NCBI GenBank assembly: GCA_951406725.2
Contig: OX597819.1
Coordinates: 31,496,001 to 31,560,000 of the forward strand
DNA from: Octopus vulgaris
Lineage: Eukaryota
Direction: 5' to 3'
DNA: 64,000 bases
Every line of letters starts with the position of its first letter. The first letter of the stretch is position 1. Both the position numbers and the translations under genes were made by a program. The notes under the pieces were generated by a model. That model saw only the letters and a list, made by a program, of their open reading frames with translations. It had not been told where the DNA came from and did not search any database. This document shows, piece by piece, positions 39,121-53,000 of this stretch.

Positions 39121-39463
39121 GCGGGGCATCTTGGGGAAGTGTCTTCTGCTATAGCCCCAGGCCGACCAATGCCTTGTGAGTGAATTTGGTAGACGGAACC
39201 TGAAAGAAGCCTGTCGTATATATGTATATATATATATGTATGTGTGTGTATGTGTTTGTGTGTCTGTGTTTGTCCTCCTAGCATTGCTTGACAACCGATG
39301 CTGGTGTGTTTACGTCCCCGTCAAATAGCGGTTCGGCAAAAGAGACCCATAGAATAAGTACTGGGCTTACAAAAGAATAAGTCCCGGGGTCGAGTTGCTC
39401 GATTAAAGGTGGTGCTCCAGCATGGCCGCAGTCAAATGACTGAAACAAGTAAAAGAGTAAAGA

Positions 39464-39465
<2 letters not shown>
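39121..39465 (+). mobile_element. SINE-A, 5'-truncated
   Basis: Aligns from GGCATCTTGGG to the tail. Confidence 0.88.
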
Positions 39466-39508
<43 letters not shown>

Positions 39509-39522
39509 CATACATACATACA

Positions 39523-39558
<36 letters not shown>

Positions 39559-40374
39559 TATACATATTAACATTTTAGAATAGCCCATGTTATTTTGATA
39601 TACAGGTGAGGGTTTACAACTCACCAAACACAATCATCGCTGTCTCTGCCGCCACCAGCCCCAGCGCCTCCACGACCAGCACTAACAGTATCATTATTAC
39701 CGCTATCATAGAATATAAATTACAGATTAATGTAAACAACGCTAAAATAGAATACGTTTGTAAACAACAATACTAGGGCGAAAGCTGACAAAGAGTAGCT
39801 TGTTATGTGTTATGTGGTATCAAAACTATCTTTGCTGTACTCACCTGGCAGCAAAACATAGAGTTAGACCAAGGGGGAAAATGGCTTGGTGGAAGCGTGC
39901 CAAGCAGAAATCTGATAAATAGTTTACTGCCAAGATTGAATCTCCTGTTACGAGGATAGAGTAGAATAGAAGGAAATTTCTTTATAATTTTTTTTTCTTC
40001 TTGCTTCACCTCAATATATCAATGTAGGTTTCCTATTGTAAGCCCCGTCTGCTTCCTCGGCGCCAAAGTCAGGAATTTTGAAAAGGAAACACTACACAGA
40101 CATAACAGGATTAACTCACATTTCTTGAATTCCTGATAGGCATTGCAAAAAAAAGTTCATTGACTCGGCGAGACGAGACCATCTCCTAATCTCTGAATTT
40201 CAACAAATGCTTGGTGTTTGTGACCCCAGTCTACTAAGCTGTAAACAGGTACAACGGTGGAATACATGAGTCTCTATGTGGTTCTTCGACACACTGAAAA
40301 TTGCAGTTGAATCTCATTCAAAGCACACCCTATCAACTTAAAAGAGGAAGAACACTTTGGATAATATATATATA

Positions 40375-40926
<552 letters not shown>

Positions 40927-41410
40927 AGTCATGACTGTACTATATACGAATAAAAGTTTAGATTGTCACGGATAGAACGCTAAACAACAAGAATAACAAG
41001 GTATAACGGGAGATATAGATTAATGTTGTGGGTTTTGTACGAATATGTCTGGTGATTTCTTAATTTCTAGTTCGCAACGGATCCCAAACTCTGCAACAAA
41101 CCTTCTGCACAAGACAAGGGTAAACATTCTTGTATTTCACATCTTCAACATAAATACTGGGTTATTGTGACACTAGCATTCCTACCATATCATTAGCACT
41201 CCACTACCATCAACACAATAACCTCTACCGACATCAGCACCCCTACCACTACAACACACACACACACACACACAGATATACTTACATATGCATAGAATAA
41301 TATGCTATATGTATGTATGATATAATTATCAGTTTAATAAATAAATAAGTTAACATTTTTAATGTCCTAAAGTTGATGAACCAACTATTGTTTTCCTCCA
41401 TTTTCTTATT

Positions 41411-41508
<98 letters not shown>

Positions 41509-42109
41509 TGTATGTATGTATGTATGTATGTATGTATGTATGTATGTATGTATGTACACATACCCTTGAAGTTAGTTCAACTGCACCATATAAGTTATAT
41601 ACTGAAAAAAAAAGAAGAAAAATTAACGAAAAAGCACAGCTTTAGTTTGAATAATTGTTAAAAAACAAATACTTTCACATTTAATTCAAATATAATTAAA
41701 AAAGTGAAAGCCCGCTGGTTTATATCTTTTTTTCGGTTATTCAAGGCAAATGAGTTGTTCGCTTTTGAAAGTATCCTTAATATAATGTTACAGTTTGTAA
41801 CACCCGTCTTTGTATTATAGTTTTCTTTAAAACAAAGCGAGTCATTCACAGTGATGAATAATAACCAACACTTTTAGCGCGGCATATACATTGCTTTTCT
41901 TTGTTTCTCTGTTGTTCTATCTGTGCATTTATAAACTGGAAATATTTTGAAAATTAGGTACGTTCATTCTTGCACGCATTTTTATATGTACACTTAAAAG
42001 ATTTTTCTGGTATTCTCATAATTCATTTACTGTCGGTGTAGTGTTATTTTACTTTTAGTTTTGCATTACGAAAATGCAGTTTATCTGAGATAGCTTTCCA
42101 GACATCAAT

Positions 42110-42202
42110 ATTGATTTCGAAGTTTGGTACAATTTAAGGGGTAGGGTAAGTCGATGTCATTGGCCTTAATTTTCAACTGGTATTTATTTTATCGACCTCG
42201 GC
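42110..42202 (-). mobile_element. SINE-B 3' half abutting the Tx1-like element
   Basis: Reverse complement GCCGAGGTCGATAAAATAAATACCAGTTG..ATCGACTTACCCTACCCC..GAAATCAATA. Confidence 0.7.
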
Positions 42203-42204
42203 TG

Positions 42205-45200
42205 CTAACTGATTTTCATCGAAGTGAAGTGTCTCCCCAAGGCCGTCATCATTCCTCGCCTCTACCAACCTTCTATAAAAGAACGAAGTAGAACCCCCGC
42301 CGCTGGTATTGCCCGTGCGAGAGAGAAACCGGAATGCCTGTCGGTACTCCATGTTCCACTCGCTGTACTTTGGTCTACGTTGGATCCATGGCTCTAGTTC
42401 ACTAAAGCTAGAGAACCTAGGAAGTAGCCATCTGACGAACAGAGACCACACCTATTCACCATCCAGGTAGAGCCACAGATGCCTGAGCCTCAGTGCTAAT
42501 TTGCACATCAACAGCCAAGGCATCCCTAGCCCACCCTTTAGCGAGTGTTGGCAGCAGACAGAGCGCTTCACAAGCGGACTTTTACGCTTCCACGAAAAGG
42601 GGAAAAGGAGCCGTTCCAACTTGTTTAGCCACGAAACGGGAGAAGGCACGACGGTTAGGCGGTAGGTAATCACAGAAGCGATAAACACTTCTGCTACCTC
42701 CATCCTCCCTTTCAAGGATAACCACCGCCCAGACCAGGTCTGAGTTAGGTGAGTCACCTTGCTCGCCACCTCGCCCCAATTCTTCTCTACCTGGAGGTCT
42801 GGTCTAAATCAACCCCCTAGCATTTTAACCAGTCCTTCCGTCTAACGCCCCACGACACTGTTGGAAGGCATCAACTTGCCTCTCCTGGTACCAAGTTGCA
42901 AGCCGACTGATTTCTTTCCGTTAATTTTTGCTCCTGCCACTGCCTCGTATTCCTTGATGGCTTCACCCACAATTTGTAGGTGATCCACCTCGGACATGAT
43001 GATAGTGATGTCATCCGCAAAGGCTGTGACCGCCCTCTAATTTTCTAGATCGCGCGGAAGCCCCCCCCCCCCCCATCTGACCGATGCAGAAAAGGCTTAA
43101 GAGCCAATACGTGCAGAAAGGGAGAGAGGAGACATCCTTGACGAACTGAGCACTTGATGATGAACGTTTTCCAAAAGAAACCGTTCATCCGAACGATCGA
43201 ATCGATGTTGCCGTACAAAGCAATGATCCAGCTGCAGAAGACGGGGCCAAACCCGAACGCTGCGAGGACCGTCACCAGGTACCGATGGTCAACCCTATCG
43301 AACGCCTTAGATTGGTCTAAATGTACCAATGCCCCACCCTTGCCAGTAACCCTACTAACCCTCTCTAAGGTGTAGCGTATAAGGTGGAGATTATCGTGTA
43401 TAGATCTGCCGGGAACGGCCCACGTTTGTGCCTCCTCGAAGAGTCTATCCACGACACGCGTCAACCTTCTTGCTAACACCTTGGCCATAATCTTCATCTC
43501 TGTGTTAAGCAGAGTGACGGGCCAGAAATCGTCTATACTAACCCCCTTATTTGGGTTCTTTCTAAGCAGCGTCACCACTCCCCAGCTCACAGATTTGGGA
43601 ACAAACTCGTTCTGCTGTCAGTTCGTGAAGATGCAAGCCAGCAGGTGCCCAAACAAGTCTGGCATACTACAGTAAAGTTCGTAGGGAAGGCCATCTAGAC
43701 TCGGTGACTTATCCCCGCCGCAGTCCGCCAGAGCCTCCCCAACCTCCGCAGCTGTAATCGGTCCTTCACAGCACTCCGCATCCCGCCCCAAGAGACGCGA
43801 CAAACCGGCGAGGAAGTCCGTAAGGCCACTCTTACACTCCGGTCCGTTTCTTTCCCACGAAAAGCAGTGCGAAATGCTCCTAAAAGACCTTGCATATCTC
43901 CGCGGCTTCGTTTATCAAGTTCCTTTGATCATTCATCAAAGACCCTATAGAATTTTTATTGCCACATTGGGCCTCTATCACACGGGCCCATCCAGCGGCT
44001 TTGATTCCTTCCTGTCCTACTGCACGTTGCTTAGCCCTGACTACGCACCCCTCATATTTACCCTCGATGTGTTGATTCAAAATCAATCTTGCAGCCAAGA
44101 CTCGGGGCGCGGATTCAGATCTCAGTGCTTCATCTAAGTCCTTAACTAAGGCCCTTTCTGTTCTATTTTTCCTAGCTACTAATTTTTTTACTAAACCTAA
44201 TGGACTCAAATTTAATGGCTCTTTTAAGGGCATATAATATCCATTCAGTGCGACCTGAGGTTATGTAGGAAACGGGCTTGTTTCCAAGTTGATCTCAGGC
44301 TGCGCACATTTAAACATCCAATCTTAAGAATGTCCATAAAAAGTTTTTTTTTCAAATACTCACCCCTTCACGATCTTTATCTTCCGGGGCTTGCGGAGTA
44401 CTATTGGTGAGGCCCTCATAAATTTGGGAAGAAAATCTTTCCTTATGGGCATAATGTCTGTTTCATATTCTTTTTTGAATAAATTGTAGCGAATTCTAGT
44501 TATCGAATAAATTAACACGTCTTCGGGAATTCTATTTTCGAATTTATGTGTAATGTCAATGGAATCCTTTGATTCTCTTAACTTTTGCAGTAGTGTTTTA
44601 TTTCGTACGGTTACTGCAGTATCGTTATTATCTGCGTGGATTGGGTGGGACTTGGGCTGGGCAGATGTTTTAAATTCTGTACGTTCTTATATATTTTTTT
44701 TGGTTTTTGCATGTGGGACTGTTGGGGGTGGATAGATTCCCCCCACTTTTTTTCCACTCTCCCCACTTGTTCACATTCCATTTCACTCTCCGTCTCAGTT
44801 GTTACATCCTCACTTTCTTCCTCTTTTGTAATTTCCTCTTGGTTTTCTTTTTCAAGTGGGTTTTTTTTTTCGGGAAGAGGTTTGCACTCAGATCTTATGT
44901 GGCCCTTTTGGTCACACTTGAAGCATCGAGGCTTCCCCCTCCCCCTTGACTATTACTCGTAATCTCACTTCCCCCCACCTGAATTCGATTATATTTTCGA
45001 GATCTGCAGGGGCTGCTTGAATTAATAATTCGAAGCTTTGTCCCTGCAAATTTTGAAGTTCTGTAGTTTGTGCATGGAGGATTGTAATTTTGTCCTCCAA
45101 GCCCGATGTGATAGCCGCTACTAGCCAAGCAGTGTCCACCTCTGGTGGTATGTCTTCCACCCAGATCTTGAAAGTGTGTCTTCCCAGATACGTTGAAAGG

Positions 45201-45915
45201 AGAACAATTTCTGCTGTTTTCAGCGGACTTGTGGACGCCTGATTGGGTTTTTCTTCCGATTGAAAACGCACCTTAATCGTTTCAAAACGTTGTCCTCTTG
45301 TTATATATTTGATGTCCGACCACTTAGGTTTCAGGCAGAACTCCACAGTTTCTTTGGATGCTATATCCAGCTTTTTTTTGTTTAATTAAGAAACTTTTAT
45401 AAATAATTGTGCCTCGTAGGCTATTTCACTGGGAGGGGCAACTTTAGCTTCGTCCCCTCCCTTTAATCATTCCTTTAAATTTTATAAGACCTTCGACTCC
45501 GTATTGTATGTTACGCTTTTTTTTTTTTATATCTCAGTTGCTTGGGCGAAGCTAACATTTCCTTTTACAAATTGTTCTGCCGTTGGCATGTCTCTCAATT
45601 CCATGCTCAAGGCGGTTTTTGCTAGTGCTAGGACCAAAACTGGTGCAGGGACTGGCTTCATTAGATATTTTCACAGGTGATTTATCCATGCTTTTTTTTT
45701 TTTTGCTTTGATTTTACAGTAAATTTATTTGCACGAATCAATTTCCACCCTCATACAAGGGGGAAAACAAAACAACACAAGTCTGCCCTCGGCAGATAAT
45801 AAATTGTTCCAAACAAACAGTGTAATAACAGTTTCAACAAACAAATATTAACAGTAAAATGTACAAAAATTCGCGATAATCACTAACCGTAAAAAAGACG
45901 ACCGACACATCAGCT
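42205..45915 (-). mobile_element. Tx1-like (L1 clade) LINE no. 1, decayed, 3' end missing
   Basis: ORF1 remnant with zinc knuckle CFKCDQKGHIRSEC (44884-44925); ORF2 begins MDILKIGCLNVRSLRS at 44337 (APE start); RT motifs KSPSLDGLPYE, PVTLLNTEMKIMAKVLARRL, LDQSKAFDRVDH, SVRQGCLLSP, AFADDIT. Confidence 0.9.
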
Positions 45916-45933
45916 GGTGTGCTGACGATTCTG

Positions 45934-46075
45934 AATTCTTTATTACTCACAAGGGGCGAAATACAGATAGGACAATATAAGACAATACAAACATGTGGGG
46001 AGGTGAAAACGAATGAAAAGGTGAAATGGAAAAATGGAGGATGTAATGATAACACACGGCCCACATCCGGGCGCC
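45934..46075 (-). mobile_element. Putative LINE 3' UTR and terminus (shares ~55 nt with SINE-B tail type 2)
   Basis: Reverse complement is pyrimidine-rich and ends TTGTCCTATCTGTATTTCGCCCCTTGTGAGTAATAAAGAATT; no SINE-B body upstream of the shared tail. Confidence 0.6.
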
Positions 46076-46149
46076 ATCATTTCACTTTTTGATTACTTTT
46101 TTAAAAATCGGAAATGTTAATATTAAAGTCTGATTAAAAATTTTCAATA

Positions 46150-46569
46150 CTTTACTCTTTTACTCATTTACTCTTTTACTTGTTTCAGTCGTTTGACTGC
46201 GGCCATGCTGGAGCACCGCCTTTTTAGTCGAGCAAATCGCCCCCGGGACTTATTCTTTTGTAAGCCCAGTACTTATTCTATCGGTCTCTTTTGCCGAACC
46301 GCTAAGTGACGGGGACGTAAACACACCAGCATCGGTTGTCAAGCAATGCTAGGGGGACAAACACAGACACACAAACATATACACACACACATATATATAT
46401 ACATATATACGACAGGCTTCTTTTAGTTTCCGTCTACCAAATCCACTCACAAGGCATTGGTCGGCCCGGGGCTATAGCAGAAGACACTTGCCCAAGATGC
46501 CACGCAGTGGGATGAACCGAACCATGTGGTTTGTTAGCAAGCTACTTACCACACAGCCACTCCTGCGCC
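46150..46569 (-). mobile_element. SINE-A, full length
   Basis: End-to-end alignment with the other copies. Confidence 0.92.
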
Positions 46570-46762
46570 TTATTATGTATTTAATTCTTTTTATTTTTTT
46601 CTATTTTGATTTCGATGTATTTCACTTTCTCATAATCCTCCATTTTCTTTTTATCTGTTGTATCGATTATAGCAATATTCCAAATGCATGGGGATTTGGT
46701 TCTAAGCATTTACCAGTCTCGCACTTTCCAAATTCTTGATTTCGGTTAACAATTGTTTATTC

Positions 46763-46973
46763 ATTACTCTTTTTACTCTTTTACTTGTTTCAGTCATTTG
46801 ACTGCGGCCATGCTGGAGCACCGCCTTTAGTCGAGCAAATCGACCCCGGGACTTATTCTTTGTAAGCCCAGTACTTATTCTATCGGTCTCGTTTACCGAA
46901 CCGCTAAGTGACGGGGACGTAAACACACCAGCATCGGTTGTCAAGCAATGTTAGGGGGACAAACACAGACACA

Positions 46974-47024
<51 letters not shown>

Positions 47025-47212
47025 GTATATATATATATATACATATATACGACAGGCTTCTTTCAGTTTCCGTCTACCAAATCCACTCACAAGGCATTGG
47101 TCGGCCCGGGGCTATAGCAGAAGACACTTGCTCAAGATGCCACACAGTGGGACTGAACCCGGAACCATGTGGTTGGTTAGCAAGCTACTTACCACACAGC
47201 CACTCCTGCGCC
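46763..47212 (-). mobile_element. SINE-A, full length
   Basis: End-to-end alignment with the other copies. Confidence 0.92.
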
Positions 47213-47215
47213 ATT

Positions 47216-48470
47216 AGTTCATAAAAATTGATATTTTTGTTACTTTGTTTTTTTGTTTTATTTTACGGGGAGGGGGTTGTGAGTTTTGGGACACCCGTGA
47301 GTGCATGCAAGTTTTTTCCATGTCAGCCGGAGTAGAGGGAGGACCGGTGGTTGCTGGGGAAGGGTGTGACAAAGTGGGCTTGGGTGGGAGCTGGGTGGGA
47401 CTCATCACTGCCAATTTGTGTCTTCCTCTTTTACTTTTCTATTTTCCCCATCCTTCTTCGTCTCTTACATCCTTTGATGTTGTCTCTGTGTTGGTTTCTG
47501 GTGGAGGCGGAGGTGTAGTTTCCTTTTTGCTTTTGGTGTCAGCGGGAAGTAACACCTAGGGATTCTACCCTCTACTTTAACCTTCAGCACCACATCTTTG
47601 ACCATGATGGTTTCAATCATATTTTCAATGTCTTCAGGGTTGCTTGGATCGGTATCTCCAGCCCTTGCCCCTGCCAATTCTTATGAGTCGTAAACGTGGC
47701 TTGGAGGACAACCATTTTCTCCTCCAAGCCTAACAGGATCGCGTCTACTAACCAGGCTGCATCTATCTCTGCAGGTACGTCTTCCAAGGTATGTGGGTAG
47801 AAGCACTACCTCATTCGTCTTCAGCGGGGTTACATAGTGCAACCGGGCGGTTTCTGCATCCCTGAGCCGCACCTCCACCGTGCCGTACTTCTTGTCTCTG
47901 CTTATATGTATTATTTCCCCTTTATATGCATTATTTAACGCTTTTTCTATTTGACTCTGCGTCATTATTTCAAGTTTTTGGCTGTCCACCGAAAGCATTT
48001 GATGAACAATTAATTTCTCCTTTCGACATAACATGACAACTTGGGGCGGGAACACATTTACATTGTTTCCGTCTTTTTTCAATAGTTAATTAAACTTTCC
48101 AATCTGGTTCAAATTAATATTTTTGTGGTGGCTTTTAGCTGCCTTTGCAAAATTCATTTTGTCTACGTTGTCAATTGATCTAAGGAGTTCCTCGTCTGAG
48201 GAGGAATACTTAGACGAGCTCATACTACTAGTATAGGATATCCTTGAAGCTACGCAGCCCCCTACAAAATGGGAACAGCGTAAAACAATTCAGCCGTAAA
48301 ACAGCAAAACAAGTGTTCAACAATGCAATACAATAACAAATTAAACACAATTTTCACAATTTTCAATTTTTCACTGACCTTTTATACGCGAGACTATTTT
48401 CTATTCAATGGTTAACCATGTTTTGTATCCATTTGTAAAAATAAAGACGACCGGCAAAATAAAGACGACA
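47216..48470 (-). mobile_element. Tx1-like LINE no. 2, 5' UTR and ORF1 remnant
   Basis: ORF 47681-48082 TPLKTNEVVLLPTYLGRRT matches ORF1 of LINE no. 1 (SPLKTAEIVLLSTYLGRHT); KVKVEGRIPRCY marks the start of the zinc knuckle; both 5' leaders contain CGGTCGTCTTT. Confidence 0.8.
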
Positions 48471-48501
48471 GGCGTGCTGACGTTTCTGCTAGCTTGCCGC
48501 C
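48471..48501 (-). mobile_element. SINE-B head interrupted by the Tx1-like LINE
   Basis: Reverse complement GGCGGCAAGCTAGCAGAAACGTCAGCACGCC, 28/31 identical to the SINE-B head at 63464-63494. Confidence 0.85.
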
Positions 48502-48659
48502 GTGCAGAGATTATATATCGAATGCTGCAAGTAAAATTCTTTTATTTAAATTCTGAGCCTTCAGTCTTATATAAGCATCTTGCACAATTTGGTCATTCCC
48601 ATTTTGTAACAGTGAGTTGGAAATTGCTTATCAACCTAGGTGTACTTACTTTTACTAAA

Positions 48660-49510
48660 TCTATTTTTCAGTGACATGGGCTGTCTTTTATTTCTAATGA
48701 CATGCTGGTTTTTCACTATATTTTTTTCATTCTCTGAACTTCTCATAAAATAGGCAAGTTTTTATGAATATAGTAAAATATTTTGACATTTCTAGGGTTA
48801 AATGTTGATACATATAGAAACATTTTTTTACTCGGTTTTATATTTTACTTTCCTTAGATCTTGAAATCTATACAGTTTACTTTTTCTATTCCATTTATAA
48901 GCAGATTGAGTAGAAATGATCTTTGAATAAATTTTCATCTCGTCCAGTCGTTGATCATGTTTTGTAGGATTCAATATTGTACAGATTTTATTCGATAAGT
49001 TGAATGGAATGCTTACACACGTATGCTTAGCATGACAGGATATGAAGAGAAGATAAAGCTTTGAATTCATGGGTTTATAGTGGATGTTCTTCTTGTATTT
49101 TTCTAATTAAAACGTCTAAAAATGTCAGTTCCTTCTGATTGAATTAATTAATTAATTTAATATCATGGTTTATGTTGTTAATCAGGTTTTAAAATTCCCT
49201 AAGTTTATAAAGATTATTCGGCCATAAAATGAGACAGTCATTTGGATATCTTTGCCACGAGTTATTTTTTTTTCTCTTATGTGTAAAACATGTTGCCAAA
49301 TCATAAATTTTCTTTTCATGGTGTCCTATCGCTAAGCTGGCGTAAGTAGGGTCTACCATTGCAGTTTGTCGTCATTTGTCGGTACGCCGATTCTAATTAT
49401 TTTCTAATATGAATTTAAGTCCATCAATGACAGCGTTTCATTCCGATGGTTTTTTTTATAATTTAAATTGATATTTATCGAGCCAATATTTAATCGCATT
49501 GACTTCTAGT
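48660..49510 (-). pseudogene. Decayed Penelope-like RT fragment
   Basis: TAM..PTYASLAIG and IHYKPMNSKLYLLFISCHAKHTCVSIPFNL..ICTI match PLE RT/thumb motifs. Confidence 0.75.
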
Positions 49511-49699
49511 TGTGAAGCAAGTTAGTGTATTATGAAGAAGTTCATCAACACGCTCAAAATAGTTAAATTTAAAGATAACAGTGGATACGAAATTAAGCAT
49601 AGTTAATTTTTCTCATATAAGTCTAGATTAAAGAATAGTAAATTCTACCTTTATATATAGTATCTCTCTAATGAGAAATTGAAGTTTATTAATATGTAT

Positions 49700-50930
49700 T
49701 TTAACAATTGTTAATCAATCCTGTAAAAGCTTAGTTAATAACATTAGTAGTTCCATATCGAAGCATCTTTAAACCAAGGATGTAGAAGAATCATTAAACC
49801 GAGCTGATCTTTGTTACAACGACGCTTTGAAAGCCAGTGGCTTAAAAGATAGAATATATTGCATACAAAACAATATACATAAATGCAAATACAGAGAATA
49901 AAAGAATTATTGTATTGTCTTCCCTATTGTTTAAATGTTCCTTTGTAATGTTATCAGAGATTTCCTAAACCTTCTGAATAAGTGTTTCGTTACCGTAAGT
50001 TTATAAAAAAAATCGTTGAGGTTGTTGTTGCCAATGCTGCCTCCATTGATAAGATATACTGTAGAAATTTTCCCGATACAAACAATCAAATCTCTTCTCC
50101 TTTTGTAAGTGTAACGACTCTAATATCTCCATTCACAACTGTATGTTTCTTCTAAAGTATTAGTTTATCGAAATAAGATCTCCCGTGCAAATAACAGAAG
50201 CACCATAAGATATATGGATTTTTATGAAAACCCTTTAAGAAAGATGATCATCGCAACATAAGTGAACATAAGGCGCAGGAGTGGCTGTGCGGTAGGTAGC
50301 TTGTTTACCAACCACATGGTTCCGGGTTCAGTCCCACTGCGTGGCACCTTGGGCATGTGTCTTCTACTATAGCCTCAGGCCGACCAATGCCTTGTGAGTG
50401 GATTTGGTAGACGGAAACTGAAAGAAGCCCGTCGTATTTATGTATATATATATATGTGTGTATGTGTTTGTGTGTCTGTGTTTGTCCCCTAGCATTGCTT
50501 GACAACCGATGCTTGTTGTGTTTATGTCCCCGTTACTTAGCGGTTCGGCAAACGAGACCGATAGAATAAGTACTGGGCTTACAAAAGAATAAGTCCCGGG
50601 GTCGAGTTTCTCGATTAAAGGCGGTGCTCCAGCATGGCCGCAGTCAAATGACTGAAACAAGTAAAAGAATAAAAGAAAAGAAAATTCAAACGCTCAATAC
50701 ATCACTATCACACTATATCTGAAATTTAAAAGTTATTAGACTGTTTTTTTTTTAGAGAACATCTATATTAATAGTTCCAGGAGGTGGGGGTTTGTATCTG
50801 CCGAGGAGGCATAGCATTTTACAACAAACTTTAACAGCTTTAAACAAACCACGTAAACCACAGTTTTAAACAAATAATCGGAATTACTGAATTCTGACGA
50901 ACACTTCCGTCGCTAGTTATCAAGGAATTT
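49700..50930 (+). pseudogene. Highly decayed Penelope-like thumb/GIY-YIG region interrupted by a SINE-A
   Basis: Broken motifs resembling ALKASG..I.Y, PYCLNV and Y.G..ENPFK, in the same order as in 11891-12636; boundaries approximate. Confidence 0.45.
50271..50682 (+). mobile_element. SINE-A, full length
   Basis: End-to-end alignment with the other copies. Confidence 0.92.
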
Positions 50931-51135
50931 TATAACTATCAATTGACTAGCATATTTAATATTTTTTTTTACATAACAGACTTACAGTTATCTGAAAGAT
51001 TGTCACACACTAAAAAAAAACAAAAAAAAACACTCACATTTTCAGCAACACCAAAACTTCAAGAACTGCCGTTTCCACCTCATTAACGTAGTTAATATAT
51101 ACATATATATACATAGTTATATATACATATATAGT

Positions 51136-51197
<62 letters not shown>

Positions 51198-51431
51198 CAT
51201 ACATACATACATACATACATACATACATACATACAAAGATATATATATATATATGTTACAGAATAAATGAAAACATCACGAATTTTCGCACATAAGTACA
51301 TGAGAATATAACATGTTCTACGTATGCCGATCAATTGATGAATGTATGTGATAAGTCAGCTAACATTGTTTTTTCGGTACCCAATTAAATCTTGATACAC
51401 CACTAACTTATATTTTGAGGTGGAGATACAT

Positions 51432-51475
<44 letters not shown>

Positions 51476-51503
51476 TCTCTCGTTCTCTCTCTCTCTCTCT
51501 CTT

Positions 51504-51536
<33 letters not shown>

Positions 51537-51808
51537 CACACACACATAACCGCACACACAGAGACACACAGAGACATATATACATTCGCATGTTCGTATG
51601 TATGCATATATATATATGTGTGTATATATATACATATGAATAAATGTATGTATATATGAATCTATATCTTCATCTATCTATCTATCTATCTATCTATCTC
51701 TTTCTTTCTTTCTCTATTTATATATATATATGTATATGCATATATATGTGTGTATCTGTGTATACATACATACATACATGCATACATTCACACACACACA
51801 CACACACA

Positions 51809-51910
<102 letters not shown>

Positions 51911-52238
51911 TATGTGTGCATAGCCTAGTGGTTAGGGTGTTTTACGTAAGATCGTGGTTTCAATTCTTGTTTGGAGCATTGTGTTCTTGAGCAAGGTACT
52001 TTATCTCACCTTACTTTGAGATAACTCCAACGTGTGTAGCACCTGGCGCGTAGTACACCGTGCATCTCTTCAGGTGCTGTCGATTTGATGGAGAGAGGGA
52101 GCCTCTGTACAGAACACACATTTGATCACTATAACCGAATCATTTGTGCTGGTTGTTCAGCAAGAAAATGCAGAACTTTCTTTCTCCGACTGTGAAAGAT
52201 TACCTTCATATATATATATACACACATACATCTCACTT

Positions 52239-52270
<32 letters not shown>

Positions 52271-52386
52271 TTTTCTATATGCATGTAGGAATATGTGTCC
52301 CAAATTCTATAAATCTATATTGTTTTTTCAAATGAATATATTTGTTTTCCTTAAATCTTTTTCTCAAACAGCTGATGTGTGGTTCA

Positions 52387-52487
<101 letters not shown>

Positions 52488-52505
52488 GAGTGTCTGTCTG
52501 TCCGC

Positions 52506-52559
<54 letters not shown>

Positions 52560-52611
52560 GGTAGTGCATCAGCATGGCCGCAGTTCTGAGCTGAAACTAC
52601 AGAAAAAAAAA

Positions 52612-52748
<137 letters not shown>

Positions 52749-52862
52749 TGTGTATCTCTGTAAGGTTCGCTATCGAAAGCTAATTAAATGAAACAAACTA
52801 CAAATTTCAACACAAATGCAGCTGACGTGAGATAAACTGTGAAACCAGGATCAAAACGTTAA

Positions 52863-53000
<138 letters not shown>

